DNA from: Nemertoderma westbladi
Taxonomy: Eukaryota > Animalia > Xenacoelomorpha
Assembly (NCBI GenBank): GCA_032718475.1
Contig: JAUCBJ010005131.1
Location: 1-49,838, forward strand
Direction: 5' to 3'
DNA: 49,838 bases
Below are positions 36,477 to 49,215 of this stretch, piece after piece. Each line of letters opens with the position of its first letter. The first letter of the stretch is position 1. The notes below the pieces were generated by a model. It saw nothing but the letters and a program-made list of their open reading frames with translations. It ran no database searches and was not told where the DNA came from. The translations under genes and the position numbers were made by a program.

Positions 36477-37480
36477 TCAATGACTCAAGAAATAACTTCC
36501 TGCATGCATCAAATGTCATCAAAAGAGTCCAAACTTAGTTACATACCAAAATTTTAATTTTTGGATCAAGGGAACTAGTGCCACAGCACATGGACAGAAC
36601 CTACCCTTTGGCGCAAGTGATGATAATTCTCAATTTTCGCGATGGCCAACTTTGAATTATCATACTGCATTAATATTATGCTCATTAGAACCGCAATGTC
36701 CGATTTAGTGGGGGTAGACAACTTCAAAACAGACGTAGAGAGAATAGTTCTTGAGATATCGCAGAAAATGTGAAGTCCGGCATAAGTCTTCATTACCACC
36801 TTGATGCGATATGGACAAATCCTCAAAAAATTTTATTTTGAATTATCTCAAGGAACCAAGAATAGACACATCTCAGGAATGATCGATGTAGTGGGTGTAG
36901 ACACCTTTAAAATAAGAGTAGAGTCATTAGTTCTTGAGTTATTTTACAAAATGTCAAGACTATATCCACAAATTAATACTTGATATTGAGTTGACCACTT
37001 CCAAACATTTTGTACAAAACTATAGTCAACTAATCTCTATTCTTTAATTTTTAAGGTGTCTGTATACACTAAATCAATTTGTTGCAGTGATGTGTCTACT
37101 TGATTCCTTGAGATAATTCAAAAAAATTTTTTTGGGGATTTGTCCATATCACATCAAGGTGAATGTAGACTTGTGCTGGACTTCACATTTTCTGCGATAT
37201 CTCATAAACTATTCGCTCTACGTTTGTTTTGAAGGTGTCTACCCCCACTAAATCGGTCATTGCGGTTCTAATGAGCACAATATTAATGCAGTGGGAAAGC
37301 TTAAAGTTGGCCATTGCGAAAATTTAGAATTATCATCACTTGCGCCAAATGGTAGGTTCTGTCCATGTGCCTGTGGCACTAGTTCCCTTGATCCAAAAAT
37401 TAAAATTTTGGTATCTAACTAAGTTTGGACCCATTGGATGACATTTGATGCATGCAGGAAGTTCTTTCTTGAGTCATTGA
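36477..37480. mobile_element. ~1-kb foldback (palindromic) element with internal subrepeats
   Basis: tcaatgactcaagaaataacttcctgcatgcatcaaatgtcatc pairs with gatgacatttgatgcatgcaggaagttctttcttgagtcattga; arms pair inward to a ~50-bp loop near 36960-37005. Confidence 0.85.
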
Positions 37481-37619
37481 TCTTTCATTAATGTGTAATA
37501 TTGCTATAAATTTCCTTATGGTACATCGCGAAGTCTCAAAATTTCAACCCTCTTGGGATCCGTGAAGATATAGACGAAATTTAAAGAAATTTTGTTTTCC
37601 TTATTTTTTTATTTTTTTA

Positions 37620-37870
37620 TGGGCCGTCCGTCGCCTTCGGCCTGTGGCTGGCCGGCGACTTCGGTACTCTGACCGCCGTCGTGCGTCTACTCGTCCCTTC
37701 CTCGTGGTAGACGGCCGCTTGGGCTGCCGGATCGTCCCTCGTCGGCGGATCCGGCGTCGCAGGTCGATACCGTCGCGTCGCGGCCTCACAGATCGTTTGG
37801 TTGGTATCGTCCGGGGTCCGCGGCAGTGTCCTCTCTCCCTCTGATAATCATGACCTCCTATCGCTCATCC
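37620..37870 (-). pseudogene. Possible gag N-terminal remnant of C
   Basis: GC-rich frame MSDRRS*LSEGERTLPRTPDDTNQTICEAA.. just after the 5' LTR. Confidence 0.35.
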
Positions 37871-37926
37871 TTACTCTGTCTCGCAGTCACAGCTTCTATT
37901 AGCAGTTGGTTTATTTATAGTTCTAC

Positions 37927-38531
37927 TGTGACGGGATCAAGGGATCCCGACCGGGTTTATTTCTTACACGTCACGACAGGCTGATGGTGGTTGGTAAAAA
38001 GGGTTTTAGTCTGATGTTCCTTCATCAATGTAATATGATATAATGTAAAGTAATGATAGCAACAGACGTTATGACCGGTAACAAAATAGATAATATATAA
38101 GGCAGTACTGCAGCGACGGTAGAACTATATTGCCGGCCTGCACTGAAACTGACCACTGAGTAAACTGAGTCACAGGCCGGTCGCATATAGATAATATATA
38201 TCACACACCGATATTACTCTACCGCTACATTACTGTGGCCTTTCAAACAGTGGATGCCCTCCTTCGCCCCTATTGGCCAATAACCTAGTTCACGACTCTC
38301 ACTCTCTCTGGGAGTGTTTTCCCCCCCTGTTGGCCCCTGCTGGTTGTTTCCCCTTTCGAGGTGGATTGACCTCTAACCTCCCTTTGTGTGGCTTTGGGGT
38401 TTGTGTTGTCCCCGGTGTTGGTTGTGATACGAGATTGGTTATTGCCAATCTCGTATCTCCAACATATTGCTGAAAAAGGTGCCACTTCCCATTCTATGAG
38501 GGGTAGTGCGGCGGAATTGAATCCGCATACA
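37927..38531 (-). repeat. Complete 5' LTR of C (~605 bp)
   Basis: Minus strand TGTATGCGGATTC...CCCGTCACA; related to 41222-41520 and 45959-46342. Confidence 0.88.
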
Positions 38532-38552
38532 CGATTACAAAAATATATTGGG

Positions 38553-38619
38553 TGGGCCGATTCGGCCCTCCCCCCCAGTGGTGCTAATGGTCAAAACACC
38601 CCAGTGTTAATAGGGTTAA
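38553..38619. mobile_element. piggyBac-like element terminus (host of the C insertion)
   Basis: gggccgatt..cccccagtg..ttaataggg|ttaa; similar end at 47418-47455. Confidence 0.55.
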
Positions 38620-39165
38620 GACCTGTCTATTGGTAGTTGTCCTGGGCTCGTAAACGGTACGAGACAATAATGTCAAGAATCACCCAAATTCGAAGAATAA
38701 TGAACCATATAAAGACATTTTATATGAAAAGATCTCCAGCTTTTCATCTGAAGAGAAAACGCAAAGTTAAAAAATATATTCGATGAAGAAAATAAGAAGA
38801 TAGTAAACCGGGGTGTAGTTGTAGACTGTAGAGGTAAAGGTAAAAGGAAAGATTGTGCTCAATGGTGTTATGCTTCATACTGAAAAAATACGATTATTTT
38901 GATGCATCATACACACCCTCCCTGTAATAACTATTTACATACTTCTGTCTAAAGTAGCACTTTACAGTGTGATGATCTGTTCGCGCTTTTAGACCTTTAA
39001 CAGTTTAACCTGCTAATTTATGTGTCTTAGATTATTTAGCTAGCCAGCACCAAAGTTGTTAATGCTTTGTGATGAACACACTGTTAATAAGTTAGTACTT
39101 CTATGTTGCAAGTTGGAAAAATCTGCGTTGTCGGTTGGTAGTGCTTTCTCTTGAGATTTGGTTAA

Positions 39166-40737
39166 CCCTATTAGTACCGGGCTATAAAATGTTGTACAAA
39201 TACTGGGGGGGGGGTCATATTGACCCCCCCCCCCCCCCCCCCCCCCTCTAAAATCTACAAATTTTTACGAAAACGTCTGATTTTTTGTTTGTAAGTAGGT
39301 ATCACTAGTCAGAATCCGACCGAAAGAAAAAATTTTCGAAAAAATGTACTGGGGTGGTTATATTGCAGCACCAAAATTACAAGTAGTGCACAATTTTCAG
39401 AAAATTTGAAAGTTACATTTTTCGTCTAATTGTATTTCAATACAGGTTTTCTGGGGCGCAAAATACATTGGGAAATATTTAAAAATGATATGATTACTAT
39501 AAATGGCTGTTTAGACCTCTCTACGTAGGAAAAAAATGAAAAAAACAAGTAACCAGCACTTTTCAGTTAGAACACAAAATTTTTAATTCACTTATACGAT
39601 GCTATAAATTCACATTTTCAGGTTTTCTAGGGCGCTGATTCTAATGGAATACATTTCTAAAATGCCCCATCATTGCTACTTGTATTTTTCGGCACAATTT
39701 GGCAAATTTTGGTGCTAGGACCAAATTTCGTACCCATCACCAAAAAGTACAAGTTTGCGATGTCCAGTGCTGTTTTTTTTGATTCCATCGGATTCAGGAC
39801 CCTCATAAACCCGTATAACGCAATAAACAAGATGATACTATCTACTGATCAATTTGCTTATTTTCCAAAATTTGGTGCTGGCACAACAATTTTCACCCAC
39901 TGGCGAAAAATACAAGTTTGAAAACTCGTATGAAATTTTTACTGATTCCATTGAATTCAGAACCCTCACAAACCCGTATAACGCAAGAAACAAGGTGACA
40001 CAATCAATTTATATATTTGATGGTTTTCAAAATTTGGTGCTAGCACCACATTTTGCACCCACTTCCGAAAAATACAAGTTTGAGATGCCTAGTTCGAAAA
40101 TTATATATTCCATTCAATTCAGAATAGCCATAAACCTCTAAAACGCAAGAAATAAATTGTCACAAACAATTTTATCAATTGAATGGATTTTCAAAATTTC
40201 GTGCTAGCACCAAAATTTGCACCCACCACCGAAAAATACAAGTTTGATACGCTTGGTGCAACTCGTATATATTTCATCGAAACCAGAACCCCAAAAATCC
40301 CCAATTGCGTAAAAAACAAGTTTCACACAATCAATTTACAAAATTGACATATTTCAAAATTTGGTGCTGGCACCAAAAATTGGCACCCGCCGAAAAAAAC
40401 AAGTTTGAAATTTCTAAATCAATTTATATGAATTCCATCCAATTTCTAACACCAAAAAACCGGTGTAAATCAAAAATAGAGATGTTACAATTCATATTTA
40501 ATGAAATGTAATTTTCAAAAAACGTCTCAAAAAAAGTGCCAAAAGTAGGGTTAAAAAATGGTGCTATAACTCGAAAACTACCCAATATTTTTGAAAACGG
40601 TTTTCACTACTAGGAAGACAATAGATTTTTAGGAAAAGTCATAAAATTTCAGATTCCCAACTGCGTTTGTTTCAGAATTATAATAAAAAAACCACGGTGG
40701 GGGTCATATTGACCCCCCCCCCCCGGGTTTAATAGGG
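39166..40737. mobile_element. Complete non-autonomous piggyBac-like MITE, TTAA TSD
   Basis: ttaa|CCCTATTA...TAATAGGG|ttaa; subterminal palindrome ggggtcatattgacccc at both ends; internal ~170-bp degenerate tandem repeats at 39670-40500. Confidence 0.88.
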
Positions 40738-41529
40738 TTAAAGATATATTACTGTCAGCCTGGGCTATTTTTTTACTTCTAAGTAGTTCATGGTTTGCAA
40801 CGTATTGATCTCGTGTGATGTGAGGCTTGTAGCCATTTTTGATCAAGGACGTTTTAAGTTCTTTGATATTGAAGGAATTTGTGGCTGGTTGCGAGAAAAG
40901 GGACCTGGGGAAAAAATTTTCATTCAGAGAAAAACGCGTTTAAAGATTGTCTCTTAAAATCGGCTGTTTTCATTGGTTTATTGGTCGTTATTGGGGTGTT
41001 TGCATTTGTTTATTGGTCGTTGCGTTATTGGGTTTTGTTAGAGCGAAATTTAAACTGAATTATTCTAATAATAGTACTAAGTAGTGTATACACTTGTTTT
41101 TTTTAGATTATCGTAGAATATCTGTAGCCTATTCGGTTAGTAATTGTACAAACAAGTTAATACACTAATAATTTAGAATTTATTATGGAAACTGAAGCAG
41201 AGTGGCTGAACCTATTAAATATGTAAGCGGATTCAATTCTGCCGCATTACCCTCATGAAATGGGAAGTGGCATTTTCAGCAATATGTTGGAGATATGAGA
41301 TTAGCAATAACTAATATCATATCACAACCAACACCGGGGACAATACAAACCCCAAAGCCACACAAAGGAAGGTTAGAGGTCAAACCACCTTGGAAGGGGA
41401 GACAGCTAGCAGGGGCCAGCGACAGGGGGGAAACACTCCCAGAGATTGAAAGGCGTGAAGTAGGTTATTAACCAATAAGGGCGAAGGAGGCCACAGTAAT
41501 GTAGAAGTGATCACACATATTATATATTA

Positions 41530-44500
41530 CAAGATTTTGAGGGACAAAAGGAGACCAGGGTCGGAACTTCGGTAGAGGACAAACAAGCAGTAGAGAGTGT
41601 GAAGGAGTCTATGAAATGCGACGAGGGGCGGTACACCATAGGCATGGTGTGGAAACAGCCAAAACTACCGCTACCCGAGAACAAGGGGATGGTACTCACG
41701 AGGCTTCGCAAACTGAAGCAAACGCTGAAACGGAGCCCCGAGAAGGATGAGTACATCCATAAGATGATAAAGAAGTACGTCGAGAAAGGATGGCCCATGG
41801 AGTTGCCGGTTGACGTACCGAACACGGACAGGACCTGCTAGCTGCCACTTCATGTGGCTCTAGACCCAAAGAAGGGTAAACTGCGGATGGTGGTTGACGC
41901 ATCGGCGAAAACCAATGGCAAGATCCTAAACGACTATCTGCTGGAGGTCCCCAATATCTACAACTCGGGGATAGAGGTCTTGTTGGGATTTAGAAATGGG
42001 AGCCACGCCTTCACCTGCGACATCGAAGGCATGTTCAACCAAGTCCGTGTGACGAAGGAGGACAGTGACAGCCAGAGCTTCCTATGGTACAACAGTGATG
42101 AAGAACCGTTGATAATACCGATGTACAAAATGGTAGTGCAGAACATGGGGGCCAAGTCGTCTTCATTCACTGAGTCACATTCATGACTGTGGCTGTAAGA
42201 GATACAGTAGAGGGAAAAGAGGGGAAGTACAGCGCCAAAGCGATCGATATGATTCGACGCGGCTTCTATGTAGATGACGGGATGGAGTCTGGAAACATGG
42301 TTAAAGAATTACTGGACACAGGGCGCGAGGTTCGTGACATCCTGAAAGGATCCGGATTTAACCTGACCAAGTTTCACTCCAGCTCAGAGGAGTTTATGAA
42401 AGCCATAGAGGACAGGTGGCCAGAGTCGACCATGGACAACCCCACAACAGCCAAGGGACAGGACATGGCGTACAAGAGAGTGGAGTCTCAGCAGAAGGCG
42501 CTGGGGATCGTGTGGAACCGGGAGACAGACGAGTTTAAGTACCAACTGAGCCAGGAGGGTGCGGAGAAACACACAAAGAGGGGCTATGTATCGTACATAG
42601 CAAGGATATACGATCCCTTAGGCCTAGCATCCCCACTGTTAGTCACGGGGAAACAGATACTTAAGAAAGTATATAAGTTAAAGGACGAGTGGGATACAGA
42701 GGTCCCGGAAGAAATTAGCAAGCACTGGAGTAAGTGGATGGGGAGTTTAGAACAGATGGGGACGTACAGCATGCCACCCATGTATTTCCCATGACGGATC
42801 TGGACCTACACATGTTCTCCGATGCATCATTGGAAGCATATGGAGTGGCACTCTACCTAGTACAGCGAAAGGGGGCTTATAAGCCCAGACTTGCATTCAG
42901 TAAAGCAAAGTCGACGCCGCCAGATTCAGCGTCAGTCCCGAAACTCGAGTTGACAGCTGCAAGGTTAGGAGTAAGGGCCACAGCCAACTTGATGGACACT
43001 ATTCCCAACATAGTGGAGACACACTACTGGATGGACTCCATGGTAGTGCTTGGATGGCTGCACAATGAAAAGACGAGATACCCTATATTCGTCGCGAATA
43101 GGGTGGACGAAATAAGGGCAACGACAGACTTTGAAAGGTGGCACTACTGCCCAACGGATGAGAATCCAGCAGACTTGTTATCAAGGGGCGTGGCATGCCA
43201 CACTTTCTCAAAGAAGGAAGTGTTGTGGCAGTACAGGCCACACGTCCTGAACGATAGATCGGCCTGGCCACCAATGAAGAAGGTGGATCCGGGCTCAGAG
43301 GAAGTAGCACCAGGGGAAGAGGGAGAAGACTCAGAAGGTGAAGAGATATATAGTCAGATGGTGAGGGAAGTCAGGGAGGTGCAACCGAAATTAGAAGAGC
43401 CATGCGACAACCCGACAGATAGGTTACTCAGCTACAGCTCCATCTGGTACAAGACCAAGAAGTTGGTAGCGTACTGGAGGGCCTATGGGGATTTCCTCAA
43501 GGGAGTTGGCAAGGATGCCAAGAGGAAACCAAATATCGATCTGGAGGGAGCGGCTAAGGCCGTGATACGGTATGAACAGAGAAAGAACTATGGTGACGAA
43601 GTGGATCGAGTTAGCAAGCAACAACATCTTCGTCGGGACAGCGAGCTCATCACGCTGTCACCACAACTCAATGATGACGGGATTCTGGTGATGAATTCCA
43701 GAGTGCTGAATAACAACAGCCTTACCATCCCACCAAAACCCACTATCATACACAACAGATCGTCAATAGTCCACCAGATCATTTGGGACTCCCACAAGTT
43801 GATGATATTGCTCGGAGGCACCAACCAGACCCTCACAGAGATACGGAGGACCTTCTGGATCGTGCAGCTAAGGAAGAAGGTGAAGGCGGTAGTGGGGAAG
43901 TGCCAGACCTGCCGGCGGACGAGGAAGGACAGGGCCGTACAGGAGATGGCACCATTACCAGCCAGTAGGGTGAGACAGCATGACCCGCCATTCATGCACT
44001 GCAGCATAGACATAGACATGTTCGTGCCGATTAAGATCAAGGTGTTGCGACACACGGAGAAATGATACGGCATCATCTTCGTATGTAACAACAGGAGGGC
44101 GGTGGGAATAGAAATCGCCCAAGACTCCACAGCATCGGCATTCATCAATGCCTTAGAGAGATTTAGAGACTGCAAAGGTGGAACAATCGCAGTGATCTAT
44201 TCCGACAATGGAACCAACTTTGTGGGAGCGGAGAACGAGTTGGCGGAGGCCTTGGACATCCTAGAAGGAGAAGAGGTCAGGGCAGCCATGAGGATACGAC
44301 AGGTGAAGTGGGAAAGGAGGAGACCGTATGCGCCGCATACTCTAGGATGCGTCGAGAGACTTGTGGGTAGTTCCAAGCGTCTGATGACGAAGTTGATGAA
44401 CACCCACATGGTGACAGAGGACATTCTAAGAACGGTGCTAGCTAAGTGTGAGGCAATCATTAATAGCAGACCGCTATACCCGGAGAATGACGACCCGGAA

Positions 44501-44909
44501 TCACTAGACGTGCTAACACCAAGCCACTTTCTGATGGAAAAGCCGGTAACCATCGACATGCGGGGTGCAGACCAATATGACATACACTCCCGACAGAGTT
44601 GGAAAGTCGCCAAGGCGATAAGCAGAGTATTGGAAGAGGTGGGTCGAGGAATACCTACCCACATTACACAGGAGGAGCAAGTGGAGAAACACCACTAGAG
44701 AGTTAAAGAAAGGTGATTTGGTGATCGTCACCGATGACACAATCATCAACAATCAGTGGAGGCTAGCCAGAGTAGTAGACACTTACCCCGACGAGGACGG
44801 AAGAGTCCGATTGGTGGAAGTGCGGATAGGGGGTAAGATAGGAGCCAAGGACAGGAAGACCTACAGGAGGGCTGTAGGAAAGTGCTGCCTATTAGAAGGG
44901 GCACCATAG
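41530..44909 (+). pseudogene. pol: Bel/Pao pol: RT, RNase H, integrase
   Basis: KLRMVVDAS, FTCDIEGMFNQV, FYVDDG, IYDPLG, LHMFSDASLEAYG, NPADLLSRG, CQTC, YSDNGTNFVG, INSRPL, LTPSHFL, DGRVRLV; several stops and frameshifts. Confidence 0.95.
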
Positions 44910-45089
44910 AGTTTAGTCATCCAAGTGTTGGACTGAGGGGGGTGGGATTGAGGAAGAGACGCCCTTCCCACACAAAAAAATAATAAAAAAAATAAAATAA
45001 TAAAATAAAGTAGTAGAAAGAAAGTTAGAAAGTTAGAAAGAGAAAGTAACAGTAGTACGTAGTAGTAAGTATGTAGGCAGATATAAGTT

Positions 45090-45680
45090 AGTATAGTGTA
45101 AGAGGGTACGCAGTACCATTAGTAGAAGTTAGTTAGAGTTAGAGTGTAAGAGCGTACGCAATACCATTAGTAGAAGTTAGTTAGAGTTAGAGTACAAGAG
45201 GGTACACAGTACCGTTAGTAGAAGTTAGTAAGAGTTAGAGTGTAAGAGGGTAGACAGTACTGTTAGTAGAAGTTAGTTAGGGTTAGAGTGTAAGAGGGTA
45301 CACAGTACCATTAGTAGAAGTTAGTTAGAGTTCGAGTGTAGGAGGGTACATAGTACTGTGAGAGTTAGAAGTTAGAGATCAGGGAGTGTGGTATAGAGAC
45401 ATACCACGGGAGTAAGAGGGTACATAGTACCATGAGAGTTAGAAGTTAGAGATCAGGGAGTGTGGTATAGAGACATACCACGGGAGTAAGAGGGTACATA
45501 GTACTGTTAGATTTAGAAGAATAGGGAGTGTGGTATAGAGACATACCACGAGGGTAGTAGGAGGGTACATAGTAATGTTGGAATTAGGAGAGTTACTAGA
45601 GTTAGTAGAATCAGTAGAGTCAGTAGATTTAGTAGAGTTAGTAGAGTTAGTGGAGTTAGTGGAGTTAGTAGAGTTAGCAG
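45090..45680 (+). repeat. Composite tandem array in the D 3' UTR: 48-bp x ~5.5, 74-bp x ~3, 9-bp units
   Basis: ttagtagaagttag.. at 45119/45167/45215/45263/45311; gagggtacatagtac at 45342/45416/45490; (gagttagt[ag])n. Confidence 0.9.
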
Positions 45681-46347
45681 TAATAGAGTAGAGAATATGG
45701 TATATGGATACAACATACCATAGTAGTAAGTAGTAAGTATGTAGTAAGAAACAAGTAGAGAGGTAGGTACGATGATAGCACAGAATATGGGGAAATATAG
45801 ATAAAACAAAATCTAAAACAAAGGTAAGGGATATTGGCACGAAAGAAGGAAGGGAGGTATAATATGCACCGTAGTCAAGTACAACCTTTTTCCAATTAGC
45901 TACTGGGACTGGGGATTAATTGACTAGGGCGACAGGATGGTACTTAGACGGCTCCCACACAGGGGGGAAACACTCCCAGGGATTGAAAGGCGTGAAGTAG
46001 GTTATTAGCCAATAAGGGCGAAGGAGAGCATCCCCTAGGTAAGAGGCCACAGTAATGTAGAAGTGATCACACATATCATTCAGTTACTCAGATTGTCAGT
46101 TTTAGTGCAGACCGGTGACATTCTTCACCGTCACCAATATCAGTACAGCATACCGGTATCCATCAAATCTGTACTTCCGCTTTTATTGTGCTATCATTAT
46201 CAACATTTAGAATATCAAGAGACAACATCGAACTCTCATTATTTTACTACATCGGCCTCGGCCTAGCTGCCAGCACTATCCCTAAAGCACAATGGTGACG
46301 CGTAGTATATTTATCCGGTCGGGATCCCTTGATCCCGTCACAAAATA

Positions 46348-47455
46348 ATTGGGTATTCAGGTCGCTGATCACGATAAAACTTGTTAAAAATATTTTTTGG
46401 AAAAGCAACCATCATTTTTTGTGGTATTTGGGTCCCCCAGTATGAAAAGTACAAGTAAAAAAATGTCAAAATAAAAAAATTTGAGTTTGGTTTGATATTC
46501 TGAACGTACGTGTTTTCGAGGTCACTGATTATGATGAAATTAGTTATAAATCTTTCTGGTAATGCAAACCCAATTTTGGTGTAATTCTAGTGCCCCAGAA
46601 CGAAAATTACAAGTAGCACAAACTTATAAACTGTCTAATTATGCCTTTGGTTTTGTAATTCTGAAGCTATACTGGTTTTCAAGAAAGCTGATCATGATAC
46701 AACACGTTACAAATCATTCGTGGTAAAGCAACTGTCAATTTTGGTGCTTGTCTGGTGGGACGAAAATGTCAAGCAGCAAACATTTCAAATAGTAAAAAGC
46801 GAATTTGGTTGGATAATACGATATTTTTTAGTGTCATATTCGTGATCAGTTTCCCAGAAAACCCAAATGTCTAAAATTCAGTAATGATTTTTGGTTATCA
46901 AACTTTTGCTACTTGTATTTATCGTGCCGCACATTGACAATGTCGAAAAAATTGTTTTAATTCGTGATCAGCATTCCAAAAATACCATATGTTCATAAAA
47001 TCAATAAAATCAATCCAATAAAAATGCTTCGAAATCAAAACTTTACTAAATTTTCCGAATAAAGTAATTCTGAAATTTTAAAGTGCCACGCCCTAATTTT
47101 GGAGCTCCAAAAATGACGTACCACTACACTTACATACTTGTATAGAGCATTAGAGTGATCCAAACCAATAAAAATAAATAAAAATAGCCCAAACATAAAT
47201 AATTACTAAATCACGAATGACTTTGTAAAATTCGAAAATTTCTAAAAATTTGGTGCTGGAAACCAAATTTTGAGGTGGCACCCACATTGAAAAGTATAAA
47301 TCCAATTGCAACGCCGTTTTTTGCAACCGATGCGGCATTAAATTTGGCTAATTCTAAATAAAAATTGGGCCGGTGCGTAATGTGGTTGCATAGTTACAGC
47401 AACTAAAAACTAGGAAGGGGCCGATTCCCCCCCCCCCCAGTGGTAATAGTGTTAA
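46348..47455. mobile_element. Degenerate DNA-transposon-like sequence with subrepeats and a piggyBac-like end
   Basis: Repeated gctgatca..aattttgg..acaagta units; ends cccagtggtaatagtg|ttaa; 47075-47125 resembles 33590-33640. Confidence 0.5.
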
Positions 47456-48348
47456 CAGTTTAACCTGCTAATTTAAGTGTCTTATATTATTTTGCTAGCC
47501 TGCACTAAAATAGAACAACTGATAAAAGATAGTCTTGCGCGGTGTATGACCCGACCCACCATATGTGGGAGACTGTTTTTACTATAGTTACTTAATCCAT
47601 ACATTATATTATTGAGCTTGATAGATGACCTATTGTATTTAAATATTGTATTCAGGGCACTTCATTCATATCCAATAATGCCACCAGTGGAGTTAGTGTC
47701 GCAAGTTAAAATAACTGCAGTGTCTACCTATCGCACATTACGAAATGGAGCGCAATTAATTGCATTTTACGGTTACGATATTTCAGGTAGGCTATTTAAC
47801 AAGTTAAAAAATTTATTCATATTTTGTTATATACACATACGTACATATTACAATGAAATAATCAACAATTATTAATATAAAATGGGAGATTATTTTCTTA
47901 CAGCGTGTATGTAGTAAGAAGGATGTGCAGTAAATGAAAATTGGAAGGCCCATAGATAACATACATTAATTAAGTCGCCCTAATTAAACTAATAAAAGAA
48001 AATATATCATCATAAACTAATTATCATAAGTGATTGAAAGGAACAATAGATGGGGATAAAATAAAATAAAACAGTTTGTTTGTTGCAATATTTCGGACTC
48101 CTTATGGAATAAGACAGCGTCAGGCAGTATTGTATTAACCAGAATACAGAAACGCAAATATAGCAAAATACAAACTTTTTTCTTTTTTTTCTATTTTCTC
48201 CCATCCATTGTTGCGTGTAAACACTTACGATAATTTGAAATTGAATGTGCGGGATGTGAGTGTGAGACCACTTAAAAATCTAAACTAGTATTTATTATAT
48301 TATAAAGTAGTATAATGCAAATATATGCATTTCTATCTTAATTAAAAG

Positions 48349-48383
<35 letters not shown>

Positions 48384-48899
48384 TAATTACTCAAACATTG
48401 TATATTACTCTTTATCCAAATATATTCAATAGTTATAAATACAGTGTGTTCTTACATTTATTTGTAAGTTCAATACGAATACAAATTATTCCCGAGCCCA
48501 TTAGCCCACAGACGTAACATGTGCGGATGTGTGTGGATTTCATCAATTAGAGTTTACATATATGAATGTTATTTAGGTTAGAGGGGCTAGCAATACAATA
48601 AGTAGGAGTATAATCCTCCATCAATAATCGTATACCTCTATCAAAATGAACTGAACATTACGCAAAGGTTACGCCAGGCCAGGTGTATTCGAAGTCCATT
48701 CTACAACTTCATGATTGACCATGACCACACATAGAAGAGGTGGACCAGCACAAGCATAGTCGGGAGTCAGTACCACCTTCCCGACATCAAAGTAAGCGCC
48801 AATTTCAATTCAGCTGAAGGTGTAATAACAAACTAACGCTGTTAATGTTTGCTTATAGTCTAAGGTGGAGAGTGGAGTGTGAACTTGGCACAGAATGTA

Positions 48900-49215
48900 T
48901 TTCCTTCTTATTTAGCCCTTCCTCTAGAATAGCATTTCTACGCCATCTCTATCCATTTTTCATGGGTGCCAGATGGTGTTTTTATCATTGCGCCTATGGC
49001 GTTTTTCGGTGATGTCTATTTTTAGAGCTCACGACTCATAGACGAAATAGCGGTACATACCAGGGACCTTAGAATATGGTCAACCAGCCAACTGTGAAAA
49101 TTTCATCAAAGTCGTTAGAGTAGCTTTGGCTGTAGATGAGCCAATCAGTCAGCCAGTCAGCCAGCCGCCAGTCATCAATTCTTACAGTAATCAAGTCTTA
49201 CGACTTAATAAGAAT
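48900..49215 (+). mobile_element. Helitron/Helentron-associated non-autonomous repeat (DINE/Lep1-like)
   Basis: tgtgaaaatttcatcaaa..gtagctttggctgt followed by a (cagt/cagc)n microsatellite and terminal hairpin aagtc-ttac-gactt; left boundary approximate. Confidence 0.4.

Larger units (their letters stand above)
33894..38531 (-). mobile_element. LTR element C (LTR related to Bel/Pao D), internally deleted, with nested Gypsy and foldback pieces
   Basis: 5' LTR 37927-38531, partial 3' LTR 33894-34238; flanking 5-mers tgatt (33889-33893) and cgatt (38532-38536) differ by one CpG-type transition. Confidence 0.75.
41222..46342 (+). mobile_element. Bel/Pao LTR retrotransposon D (gag/protease deleted), 5-bp TSD aaata
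   Basis: TGTAAGCGG...CCCGTCACA ends; aaata at 41217-41221 and 46343-46347; partial LTRs 41222-41520 and 45959-46342 share an overlapping segment. Confidence 0.9.

Noticed and set aside
45090-45600. CRISPR-like repeat array
   Set aside because: Units are contiguous with no unique spacers, no cas genes are present, and the context is a eukaryotic TE.
45439-45840. Hydrophobic ORFs resembling env or membrane proteins
   Set aside because: Antisense translation of a purine-rich tandem repeat.
48640-48800. Possible SINE or tRNA-derived sequence
   Set aside because: No convincing A/B boxes or cloverleaf structure.
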